DNA from: Takakia lepidozioides
Taxonomy: Eukaryota > Plantae > Bryophyta
Assembly (NCBI GenBank): GCA_030704615.1
Contig: CM060734.1
Coordinates: 43,524,001-43,588,000 of the forward strand
Direction: 5' to 3'
DNA: 64,000 nt
The translations under genes were made by a program, and so were the position numbers. Of the stretch, positions 12,051-23,305 are shown one piece after another (the stretch's first letter is position 1; the number at the start of each line of letters is the position of its first letter). Under the pieces are notes generated by a model. The model was given only the letters and a program-made list of their open reading frames with translations. It had not been told where the DNA came from and did not search any database.

Positions 12051-15000
12051 GTTTTGTTTGTAGTGCATGTGCGAGCCTGTTGGAGAAGGGCAAAGAGGTC
12101 CATGGTTGCATCGTCAAAGCTGGAATTGTGGTAGATGTCGTTCTGAACATGAATACCCTTCTAGATAGGGAGTGTTCAACAATATGGCTGAGCAAAATGT
12201 GGTGTCGTGGAAAGTGATGATCGCAGGACATGCACAACAGGGGCGGGGATTGCAGGTTTTGGAGACCTATGAGCAGTTGATGTGGGAGGGGGTGAAGTCC
12301 GACCACATTACGTTCAGAGAGTTCAAATGCCTCTCCACCATGCCCTTGCTTAGCTAACCATGCCTTGCTGATGTTGTTGTCTTGCACTTGAGCTGTTTTT
12401 GGACACTGGCTGGAACATCCACAAGACGGCTCTGCTCGAGAGAGAAATCAACTTGAATGCAGGGGCAGATTTTGAGATCACAATCGCCACTCAGAACGTT
12501 GTTCTTTGCACCGGCATGGCATGTCAGCATGCATATCAGCCGAAACTCATTACTCCGTGAGCCTTCCACTGCCGGAGTGTGCCCATTCAAGCCAGATCTT
12601 CGAAACGCAGGGATGGAACGGGGTTTTGAAACCAGCATTGCCTAACTGGATACCCAATTCAGCTCTGCATCTTGGTCCATTAATCTGCTGCACATTGTGA
12701 AGTTTTCTACCCGTTCACCGCAAGTTGAAGAAGGAGTATTCTTAAAACACGAGTACTCATAATCTGAAAATGGCTCCAGCTTATGTTGCTTGAGTGCGAA
12801 TATGAGTGTGGTTGGCTTGGCAGCTTTACATCTGGTCCATCCCACTCGATATGATGAGCAGGTTCAGCTTGACTTCTCTCACACAAAAGACGCTGCCAAG
12901 ATGGGGTTTGCTGCCCTAGATGACTTCCCGTCGTTGTTCTGGGCTGCAACATACAATTAATCTGGCCCATGGCGAGGGGCCTTGCCTTCCACCAATCATC
13001 TGTAAGTCCTGTGAAACTGTTTTTGTGGCAGTTTGTAAGCAGTGGGCAGCGATGGTGGGCTGTTGTAGGATTTGATGAACTCAATGCCGTGTACTGACAA
13101 CAACCCTCATCTCTTATGCAAGCATTCAACAAGCCAAGTTGACTGCAGAGCATATTCAGCCCCCCACGTTTCTAGTTGCCTAATGTTCTTCATCTCCTGG
13201 GCAGAGCATTTTCCAGGGTCTCCATCTGTGATGACACACTATCTTCTCATGTGGTTCAGCTTCTGGTCTTGCTCTTGTTTGCACCACCCCAATGAAGGGC
13301 AGTTCCCACCTGCTTGATTCTCTCTATATGGTTGTCTTGGGTCTTGGCAGGGTTTCCCACAACCGCCTTTCCTTTTCAGACTGCCAGTCATCAGCCTCGT
13401 TCTCCAATGCTTCACATTCTTCCCAAGTGAAGTGCTCTCCTCTTTTATGCTTCAACGTCCCTGCAGGTGTCTTTTCCTTCATCTCCCGTGGTGCTTTCGA
13501 ATGAATGAGCACTGATTTACATCTGTTGGCAACACTTACGGTGTCCCTTTCCTTGCATGCCACTGCAGGCCCGCATTGACTTTCTTGGCAGGGAAGTCTC
13601 CTCCTTCTCCCTCATTTTCTGGCTCTGTTGGTGCCCCACTCACCATGCTATCAGGGCTGCACTTATTTTGTGGTGTTGCGCCAGCCAAGGGCGATCTTTC
13701 ACTGGTCCGATTGTTGGCAACAGCTGATTGGAGTCTTCTTGGCAGAGTCTCCCACGAGCTCCCATCAATTTCAGGCATCAGGTTTTCTACCCTGCCCTTC
13801 CACTTTTCATAAGCGAGGTGCCTGTCTTCCTCCCTTTCACTCTTCAGCGTCTCAGGCAGATTTTTCTTCATGCGATTGCTGCTCCCATACTTCCAGTCCT
13901 TGTTTAATTTTCTCCAGCCATCACCCTCAGATTTGACAAGGTATTGCTGCCCTTCCTTGTGTCTTTCCTCACTCCCAGCTGCTGGTTTTATCCCAGATTC
14001 ACCTCTCATCCTTGCCTGGGGTTTTTCTTGCCAAACAGCTTTTGTGTGGGGAACTTCAACGAAAGGCAACATCTCATTCTCAGCTCCTGTCTTTGTACCT
14101 CTTTGCAGCAGTCCACCCTCGGGTGCCTCACTTTCTGATTGTTGGGTTGCATTCTTCGCCGCCAACCTTTGACAATAAAGTGTGCTCCATCTTCCTCATC
14201 TCCTACTGGTTCCCTTGATGCTTCACCTCGTATGTCTTCATCCTCATGTTTTAGCAGCAGCTCCCATGCTTGAATTGCTACTTTTCCTCGTAGTTGATCT
14301 TGTGCTTTCTTTTTTCTCTGTAGCCTAATCAACAGTTTTGTCTTGGCAGCTCCCTTGCCATGAGTGCCTTGTCTCACTGCATCTCCCTTGGCTGCCCACC
14401 ATCCGTGGAGTCTTTCTTGCATTATTCTGACCCTCGTTGGCATGCACTTTGCTGCGATGCCCCACATGTATTTGCTGCTCCCTTTAATCATCAACATAGT
14501 GCTCCAGAGCCAGTTCCTCATTGTTGACCAGTTGACCTTCTCAGCCCTTGGACCCCATTTTCCCTTCTCCCATGTTGCCTCGTCTTTCTGCTTCATCGTT
14601 TGCTTTACTTGCACGATGTTGCTTCTTCCCTACAGCTCATCATGTGTTGTGGCTCTTTCCCATGTTGCACTCACTCCCATCATACGTTGTGCAGTTGATA
14701 AGACTGAGATTAGTTGATGCAGGATAGGGGGAGGGCTTGCTGGTGTATGTTGTCCGATAGGCCCCATGCACAGAGTCAAAGCTGGAAGTCAGCCTTGCAA
14801 GGACCCAAGTGAGAGAAGTCTGGTGGGGGTAGCATCTTGGGGGATGGCAGTTAGGGCAATGTGTGTCTAGGGCAATATATGTCATAGCAGCGGGTGATGT
14901 GCTGCCAATTTTGAGGATAGAGACAGCCTGTGAGCTGTAGATTTGTATAAGTGGTTTCTTCTTACACATATTGCTCCCAGTTTGCCACAACCAGTTGTTT

Positions 15001-15140
15001 GCGTTTGTAGTGCATGTGCGAGCCTGCTGGGGAAGGGCAAAGAGGTCCATGGTTGCATCGTCAAAGTTGGAATTGTGGCAGATGTCATTCTGAACAATAC
15101 CCTTGTGGACAGGGAGTGTTCAACAATATGGCTGAGCGAA
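12051..15140 (+). pseudogene. PLS-type PPR pseudogene fragments (12051-12315 and ~14996-15140) separated by a 2.7-kb insertion
   Basis: Encodes CSACASLLEKGKEVHG, FNNMAEQNVVSWKVMIAGHAQQGRG and VKSDHITF, homologous to the triplets at 50860-52020. Confidence 0.9.
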
Positions 15141-15159
15141 GGATAGAGTGTAATGACTG

Positions 15160-16238
15160 CTAATGAAGGCACCTTCTTCAATTTCACCTTGTTTTCCCCT
15201 CTTATCAGAATCGCCCTTAATTATTCATGTCTGAATTCTGCAAGTTTGCTGGTTGAGTGAAGCTTTGATAGTTTGGAGTGACTTTGACATGATTCTGCCA
15301 ATGTGACAACAGGAAAGTATCAGAAACAGGTAACACAGACGAGGAGAAGTTGTGGAATGAATATTTTTCTGACCCCAGTCAATGGTGGGACAATCGAGGC
15401 AAGAAGGTGAATGTTTGTTGGATTATAGAGAGTAGCAGATGCAATTGAGTGTAGGAACTAGTGTGATAAGTTGAGTTGGGTGCTTCCTAGAACAAGTCTA
15501 GGCTGTCATCGTCAACTGCTAGCAACAAGGCAAGGTTGTATGCATGATTCGTGCGAGGCATGGATAGTTGAAGGAGCAAGGATAGAGTGTGGGTGCAGAT
15601 TCACCCAAGAGGGCCAGACTTCAAGCTCCAGATTAACTATGAAGCTACAAGAAACCTGCATGGGTAGATGGTCAACTGGCAGCAACGGCACAATTGATAA
15701 AATCAGACATTGTTAATGAAGGCATCTTCAGCACATTTCACCCTGTTTTTCCCACTTATTAGAATCGGTCCAAAATTTCCATGTTGAATTATGCAAGTTA
15801 ACTGGTTGAGTGAATCTAGTTTGGAGTGACTTTGACATGATACTGCTATGTGACAACAGGAAAGTATCAAAAAACAAGTAACAGACATGAAGAGAAGCTG
15901 TGGAATGAATACTTTTCTGCCCCCAGTCAATGATGGGACAACCGAGGCAAAAAGGTGAATGCCTGCTACATTTCAGAGAGTAGCAGACGCAATTGAGCAT
16001 AGGAACTAGTGTGATAAGCTGAGTTGGGTGTTTCCTAGAACAAATGTAGGTTGTCATTGTCAGCTACTAGCAGCAAGGCAAGGATGAATGCATGATTTGT
16101 GCAGGGGCATGGATAGCTGAAGGAGCAGGGATAGAGTGTGGTCCAGATTCATCCTAGAGGGCCAAATTTCAAGCACAAGATTTACCTATGATTCCCTATG
16201 GATCAATAACTACAAGAAACCTCCATGGGTAGATGGTC
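15160..16238 (+). repeat. Two diverged tandem copies of the ~550-bp unit found upstream of the PPR gene
   Basis: Units start taatgaaggca(c/t)cttc at ~15161 and ~15714 and match 49861-50414 through ...tacaagaaacctgcatgggtagatggtc. Confidence 0.85.
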
Positions 16239-16744
16239 TATTCCGTGGAACTCGCTGAAGTCTTGCATTATGAGGATCAGAACTGCTTGACTTGCACGAG
16301 GCCTTGACCCTTAGGCAATCCCCAGAGCAGCAGTAGCTTTTGGGCTGCTTTTTTACTCTGTGTTTTTCATTTTGTCCCATAAGCTCTTTGAGCTTTCCGT
16401 AGATGTAATAAAGTAACATTTTGTTTCATTTCATTCATTTTCATTTCATTTTGTTTCATGGCATGTCTTTCATCGTTTGTGCATTTCTAATGCATGATTA
16501 GTTCTCTTGTATGGCATTACTAGTCGACTCACTACAAACACCAAAACTCCAAAGCATGAATCACTATGAGTGATTGTTCAAGTAATTTTGAGCACTTCAT
16601 GTAAAGTAGTAAAGCAGTGGTTGCGCCAACTTCCGCAGTCGCAATTGCCACTGGGCATGTAGCACTGCAAGTTATATGGTCTACTACCACGTGGCAGCAG
16701 TGGTGCTCGTCGTGGCGCCACCACGTCGGCATCCACATCGTCGT

Positions 16745-17799
16745 TGTTAGAGGACTGTCGGGGACTTAGACACTTATACGGGATCTGTAGGGTACCCTTA
16801 ATTTTTGCACAGACTGAGACCAACACTGAGACCAACAGGAGCCTTAGGGGTGACAGCAGCGCACTGTAAAGGGGGGTTACACAGCCCGTCACAGTAGTCA
16901 CAGCCGACACAGCCAACACAGCCCGTCACAGTAGTCACAGCCGACACAGCCGACACAGCCGACACAGCCCGTCACAGTCATCACAGCCGACACAGCCAAC
17001 ACAGCCCGTTACAGTCGTCACAGCAGACACAGCCGACACAGCCCGTCACAGCCCGTCACAGCCGACACAGCCCGACACAGCCAACACAGCCACACAGCCA
17101 GTCACAGCCCGACACAGCCAAACACAGTCGCACAGCCAGTCACAGCCCGTCACAATTTCACACAGCCAGTCACAGCTTGACACAGCTGTCACGATCATAG
17201 GGAACGGAGAGCAGGACAGGGAACGACAGTGGGGAACATGTTAGTTCACAGACGACGGTTAGTGAGGGAAACGGTTAGAACCACGGATAGGAAGATAAAG
17301 GGAAGAAACAGTGAATTGAGGGAGATCATTCGGAGAAGGACTTCTTGGTCATGAAGGAGAGGGGATCGGGCAGAGATGAAGAACGGAAGTGAAGATAGAG
17401 AGATGATGAGTAGATGCTTGATTTATGCAAGGCTGTAATGATATTGTAGAGCAGATTAGAGACACAATGGCTTCGGCCTGATACCTGATAAATCATAGTC
17501 GGATACTTTTACGATACAATCACACTGTGTAGAGAGATCTGAGTGAAGCTGTGAAATGAATGGATGAGCTGATGGAATCCAATAGATTGATAAAGCAAAC
17601 TGATACTTAATTATCAATGGTAAGATAGCTAACATGAATACCAAAAGGGAAACAAATAGGAAACACCCCCATGATACACTAGCTGTAGGTCATGACTGAT
17701 TGTTCTGCGCGGGCTGAGTACTTAGAGATTTCCAACTCTTCAATCTTGGAGTTTCCGCCTCGAATAGCGAAGGGATGGGTGAGTAAAAGCCGCGCGACA
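16745..17799 (+). repeat. 5' LTR of copy B
   Basis: TGTTAGAGG...CCGCGCGACA, followed by the PBS. Confidence 0.95.
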
Positions 17800-18414
17800 T
17801 TTGGCGACCATACTGGGGACCTGGGACATGAACAACCAGATGTGACAGGCATCTGGTGGGATCATGGTGGTTGGACCATTAAAGAATTTGAAGTGAATCA
17901 AATTCCCTGTGGAACGAAGGAAGAAAGATTGTCGAAACAATTCTTTCAAAGGTTCTTGGAATTGCCAGACGGTTGTAAAGAAAATATTCTTAAACGAGTG
18001 CATGATGCTGATCCAGAATGGGGTCTGGAGAAAGGAGTGATAAAGATTTATCAGGTAGCCTGTAGAGGAAGAGCACGTTGGTTACCAACATTGGTTTATG
18101 TGATAGCATTGCTATCCATTAAACGAGTAGAGTTTGAAGGCTGGGAAGAAAGAAAGGTGAATGTTTATACTCATATGCATGAAGAGCTTGTACTGGTAAA
18201 GAATTGGATTCCAAAGGATATTTTGTGGATCAAACTCACACCAAGAACAGCTTTTCAGACTTGTTTGCCATATGGTTATATGGTAACGGAGACTTCAAGT
18301 ATAGCCAAGGGTGCACTGAAGCTTGAAAGAAAAACCCAGGCATATACGAGAGATATTACAGAAGAGAGTTTTGGTTATTGCCACATTAAAAGAAATGAAA
18401 GACATGGGACATGA
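17692..18414 (+). CDS. Extra 5' ORF (ORF0, up to 240 aa) of copy B, unknown function
   Basis: Open from an ATG inside the LTR across the PBS to a TGA overlapping the gag ATG. The 3' part is also present at 1-231. Confidence 0.55.
   Translation: MTDCSARAEYLEISNSSILEFPPRIAKGWVSKSRATFGDHTGDLGHEQPDVTGIWWDHGGWTIKEFEVNQIPCGTKEERLSKQFFQRFLELPDGCKENILKRVHDADPEWGLEKGVIKIYQVACRGRARWLPTLVYVIALLSIKRVEFEGWEERKVNVYTHMHEELVLVKNWIPKDILWIKLTPRTAFQTCLPYGYMVTETSSIAKGALKLERKTQAYTRDITEESFGYCHIKRNERHGT
17802..17819 (+). promoter_or_regulatory. Primer-binding site, probably tRNA-Arg type
   Basis: TGGCGACCATACTGGGGA, 2 nt after the LTR CA. Resembles the complement of plant tRNA-Arg 3' ends (from memory, not searched). 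Confidence 0.75.
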
Positions 18415-20816
18415 GTGATGAAAGAGAAGCTAGACGCCAGAGATATTCAGCAAAAAGAGAAAGCTATCTGAAAGCTAATTATCCATATCTTTGGGAGAGA
18501 GGAATAGACATAGGGGAATCATCTGGACCTCTCACACCATTAAGATCAAAGAGTGCATCACCTATACCGGAAGAACTAGAGTTGGATGCCACTCCTTCTG
18601 TTTCTTTGCAAGAAAGATTAAGGGAATTGGTACAGGAAGAAGATCAATCACGAGGTGAAAGATCTGAGGTACATCCTTGGATAAAAGACTTGACAGAAAT
18701 CTTTGATAAGAGTTGGCATGGAACACCAAAAGCAGGAACTCCAGTTTCTGAAGTAGAAGGTGAAGAAGGAGAAGAGGATGTGGCAGAGCCGACGGAGAGT
18801 TCAGACTCTCCAACACCATTACAGTTGAGTTACATGAGTGAAGAAGAAACCCAAGGGCAGAACTTGGAGGATGAAAACAGAGAGAAGAAATTAGAAGAGG
18901 AAGAAAATGAAGAAGTAGACCCAACAGCTGAGGTTGAGACTACAACCAGGACATCCCAACCCGTTGGACCTGGATCAAGTGGAGCACTTGGATCACAGGC
19001 CAACGAAGGTGTCGGCTCAGGGGGATCAGGCGGGCTGCCTGGATCTGGCTCTGGGGGGACAGGGAGTGTGGGAAGTAGTGCAACTGAAGCTGGGAATACT
19101 GTGAATATCGTGGGGCCAGAAGCAGGGAGTGCTCAAGGGCCACCACTTGGTGGAAGATCCACCACAAAAACAAAAGGTCCAGAAGGACCAGCACCAGCAA
19201 GGGTGCCAGCACCTGTCAGTGGGCAGAAGGTAGGGCCACAGATGGCGTTACAACCAACACGGGCAAAACCACCCTTTCCAATATATTCAGGAAAAGGGGA
19301 TCCCGATGTACACATTAGCCAATTTGAGCACATGTGTATAGTGAACAATGAGAATGGCGATGATGCCAAGATGAGACTGTTTCCTTGTTCACTTATCAAG
19401 AAAGCAAGTGAATGGTATGCAAGATTCCCTGATAATCATTTCCTAACCTGGAATGGCTTGAATACAACATTTCGAAATAGGTTCAGGACAAGTAAAACTG
19501 AGGATGAAGTGTATGGAAGTTTACAACAGCTGAAGCAGAAGAAGCATGAAACTGTTGAAGAGTATATGGAGAAGATGGAATTGATGATGAAAAAGCTGGC
19601 TGCAATACCAGCACCCGGGTTACAGAAGACTTGGTTTGTGAGTGGACTAAGACCAGAGTTGCAAAAGAAAGTGGATATGTTACCCCATAATACAGTGGAG
19701 GAGGCATTTGAAACTTCGAACAGAATTGAGCAATTGGGAATGCTCAGGAGAGAGAAAAAAGAAGATGAGGACTCTGAGGATGAGTCAGATGAAGAAGAAG
19801 AGCAAGAACTAAAAAGAAAGAGTAAGAGAAAGGAGAAGTTGAAGAGGGATAACTATGAAAAAAAATTGGAAGAAATCTTGAAGAAGTATGCCACAGAGGC
19901 TGCAACACATTGGAGGAAGGGTGTATGGTGTGCAAAGTGCCAGAATGAAGGCCATACCACCACAGAATGCCACATGAAGGAGAAACACTATACTATCTGT
20001 AAAATGGATAACCATTCTACTGAGAATTGTTACTACAACAGAAGGACAGCTGCAAGAGAACCTAGGCAAGTAAGGGTGCATCAGGTGCAGCCCCAGCCAA
20101 GAAGAAACAATGATCAGGACCACTATGGTAGGTCTGGTGGTTATAACAATGGCATGGAAGGGAGAGGTAATTCAAGAGGGAATTACCAAGGAAATTCCAG
20201 AGGCAACTATCAGGGTAATCCAAGGGGGAATTACCAGCCCGGGAATCAGGATTATAGAAATAATCCAAGAACAGACCAAGGGCGAGGACCCAATGGTGAA
20301 GAGCTATGTTACTATTGTAATCAGCCAGGACATCGCAAGGTAGCCTGTTCATTCTGGATAAGACACCAGAATGAGATGAGAGCTCCTGTGAATGAGGGCC
20401 CAGTGGTGGCAGCTCACATGGTTAGGCCATGTGTTGTACCAGAAGTAAGTACAATGATAGTAACAAGAAGTAAAGCCAAACTAATACCTCCAGTAGAAGA
20501 GGAAGAAGATGAGAATGGAAGTGGCAATGATATGCCTGAAGATGAAGAGACTTGGAAAGATGAGAAGGAACTGCACAAGGAAGTGGCAGATACTATAAGG
20601 GAAATGCAAAAGAGTACTGATATTCCTGTGGCAGATTCCTCTGATTCGGATGAAGAAGGGAGTGAGGAAGAAAGGAAAAAAGAAGATGCAGACATGCAAA
20701 GTAATGAGGAGACTTTGGCTGAAGTAATATGTCAGACCAAAGCAGAAATTACCATTGGACAGCTATTAGCTGTGGCACCTTATTGTAGGCACAGGCTGTA
20801 TCAAGCAATCAATTGA
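18411..20816 (+). CDS. gag: Gag polyprotein (801 aa) of copy B
   Basis: Retrotransposon capsid-like region and CCHC-type knuckles (CAKCQNEGHTTTEC, CYYCNQPGHRKVAC). Confidence 0.9.
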   Translation: MSDEREARRQRYSAKRESYLKANYPYLWERGIDIGESSGPLTPLRSKSASPIPEELELDATPSVSLQERLRELVQEEDQSRGERSEVHPWIKDLTEIFDKSWHGTPKAGTPVSEVEGEEGEEDVAEPTESSDSPTPLQLSYMSEEETQGQNLEDENREKKLEEEENEEVDPTAEVETTTRTSQPVGPGSSGALGSQANEGVGSGGSGGLPGSGSGGTGSVGSSATEAGNTVNIVGPEAGSAQGPPLGGRSTTKTKGPEGPAPARVPAPVSGQKVGPQMALQPTRAKPPFPIYSGKGDPDVHISQFEHMCIVNNENGDDAKMRLFPCSLIKKASEWYARFPDNHFLTWNGLNTTFRNRFRTSKTEDEVYGSLQQLKQKKHETVEEYMEKMELMMKKLAAIPAPGLQKTWFVSGLRPELQKKVDMLPHNTVEEAFETSNRIEQLGMLRREKKEDEDSEDESDEEEEQELKRKSKRKEKLKRDNYEKKLEEILKKYATEAATHWRKGVWCAKCQNEGHTTTECHMKEKHYTICKMDNHSTENCYYNRRTAAREPRQVRVHQVQPQPRRNNDQDHYGRSGGYNNGMEGRGNSRGNYQGNSRGNYQGNPRGNYQPGNQDYRNNPRTDQGRGPNGEELCYYCNQPGHRKVACSFWIRHQNEMRAPVNEGPVVAAHMVRPCVVPEVSTMIVTRSKAKLIPPVEEEEDENGSGNDMPEDEETWKDEKELHKEVADTIREMQKSTDIPVADSSDSDEEGSEEERKKEDADMQSNEETLAEVICQTKAEITIGQLLAVAPYCRHRLYQAIN

Positions 20817-23305
20817 ATTCCCAAGAGACAGGAAACACAGACCTGAACAGCAAAGTGACCAGTTATAATGTGAAGCCGGAAGGGCGAGAAACAGTCATGG
20901 ACTTTGATGATTCTATGCCAGTAATCCAATTGAGAATTGGAAGCACAGAACTAACTGATGTACTGATAGATGGTGGTTCTGGAGTAAATATCATGACAGA
21001 CCAATTAAGGAAGAAGCTTGGTCTAAGTAACATGAAACCAGCCCCATTTACAGTAACAATGGCAGATCAAAGAAGTGTACAGCCATTGGGATTAATAAGA
21101 GGAGTTAAGATACAGATACAAAAAATGATCTTTATGATCACAGTAACTGTATTAAAAATGGATGAAGTCATGGAGGCTTACTCCTTATTATTGGGACGTC
21201 CGTGGCTGAAACAGGCCAGGGTATTCCATGACTGGAATTCTCAGTTACTAACCGTGCATAATGGGATACACGAGATACAAATTACCACAAAGAAATCTAG
21301 TAGATTACCTGCTACAAGAAGACCTCGAGGAGTCAGAGAGTATGACTGGAAAGGAGGACTGGATGAGGAGCAGGAAGCTACCCTATTTGCTGCACACCCA
21401 GAGTGGGAGCAGGTTGCAGAGATGCGGCTGGAAAGCCTAAGTTGTTTGAGAGGTATCTGCTGTGGTGTAGTGACAGCAACACCAACTGAAGAGGAAACTA
21501 GCATTTACCCATCACATTTCTATGAAGAGAGAGAAGGAGAAATAGAAATCCTAGAAGAACCAGCCACTGTGAGCTTACAGGATGAAGTGGTGACTGGTTG
21601 GACAATCACAGCTGATGAGCAGGTGAGGGAAGTAAATGTGGGAACTAAAGAGGAACCGAGGATGGTGAAAGTAGGAGCTGATTTGGAGCCGGAATTCTTC
21701 GAAGAAGCTAAAAGCTTGTTCATCAAATACAGAGATGTATTTGCTTGGAGCTATGAGGATCTAAAAGGGATACCACCTGAAGTCTGTCAGCATAAGATTG
21801 AACTGGAACCAGGGTCAGTACCAATCAAGCAGGCGAGGTATAGAATGAATCCCAACTACGCACAGAAGGTTGGAGAAGAGATAAAGAAGTTGGCTGAGGC
21901 TAAGTTTATATACCCAATAGAGTATACAACTTGGTTGTCACCCATTGTTATAGTTCCCAAGAAGAATGGCAAACTAAGAGTATGTGTGAACTATAAGAAG
22001 CTGAATGCTTGTACGAAGAAAGATCCTTTACAGCCACTGATTATACTACAAAGTGGGTGGAAGCTAAAGCTTTGAGGGACAACACAGCCAAGTCCACAGC
22101 AAGGTTCATGTACGAGAACATACTTACATGATTTGGCTGTCCCTTAGAATTTATCAGTGATCAAGGAAGTCACTTCATGAATGAGACCATTGAGTTGTTG
22201 ACTAAAGAGTTTATGATTGTGCATAGAAAGAGTACAACATATTACCCACAGGGTAATGGGCAGGCAGAGGCTACCAACAAAATACTATGTACTATCTTGG
22301 CTAAGATAGTCAATGCAAACAGAACGGATTGGGATACAAAGCTGCTGACAGCTTTGTGGTCATACAGGACTTCATATAAAGTCACCACTAAGTATACACC
22401 ATTCCAATTAGTTTATGGTATGGAAGCCTTACTTCCAGTGGAATTCCTATTACCTACCATGAGAACGGAGTGGGGAAAAAGATATATACCATGTGGAAGA
22501 AGTACGTGCTGATGCAGCTGATAATATGACCAGAATTCAGATGAAGCGAAAGGAACAGTTTGATGAAGGCAAGTTAAAGACTTTTAAGACGGGGGATTTG
22601 GTTCTATGGTTGCAGAAGAAAGGAAAGATTCAAGCTTCTAAGCTTAAATCACCATGGAAAGGACCTTATGTCATACAAAAGATGTATGATAACAACACCG
22701 CCATGTTACAAACCATTAACAAAGAAATGCTGGGAAGAGTCAATGCAAATAAGTTGAAGGGGTACAGTGGTATCCATGACAAACCCTTGCAGCATGATTT
22801 GCATGTTGAACCGCAAGAGCAGTCACGGGCTGCACCAATGTTACGAACGAAGTATGGAGCACTTGTCGCTAGGCCGAGCATATATGACCAGGGAGGGCAA
22901 AACAAACGTGACACAGCCTATCACAGCCCAACAAGGCAAAACACAGCCTATCACAGCCCAACAAGGCAAAGCACAGCCTATCACAGCCCATCAAGGCAAA
23001 GCACACCCTATCACAGCCCATCAAGGCAAAGCACAACCTATCACAGCCCATCACAACGTGACACAGCCTATCACAGCCCAGCACGGCGCAACACAGCCTA
23101 TCACAACCTACCACGGCGTGTCACAGCCTATCACAGCTTACCACAGTGCATCACAGCTTATCACAGCGTAACACAGTATGACACAGCCTGTCACAGCTCA
23201 ACACAGCCTACTAAAGTTACACGATCCATAGAATCAGTGACAAGTGGACGCATAATAACTTCAGGAAAATGGCTGACGGAAGAGAAAAAACGGAAATTAC
23301 TTTAA
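20813..23305 (+). pseudogene. pol of copy B with ~1.6-kb deletion (most of RT, RNase H, integrase N-terminus)
   Basis: Protease LIDGGSG. At ~22029 aagatcct/tt/acagccac joins copy A ~3823 to ~5423. Confidence 0.9.

Noticed and set aside
16530-16545. CACTA transposon terminus (cactacaaac)
   Set aside because: No partner TAGTG end, subterminal repeats or TSD identified.
16740-16744. TSD of copy B (gtcgt)
   Set aside because: The 3' LTR end is deleted, so it cannot be matched.
20805-20830. Programmed -1 gag-pol frameshift
   Set aside because: pol is in the -1 frame in copy B, but no canonical slippery heptamer is visible and copy A differs by indels here. Unresolved.
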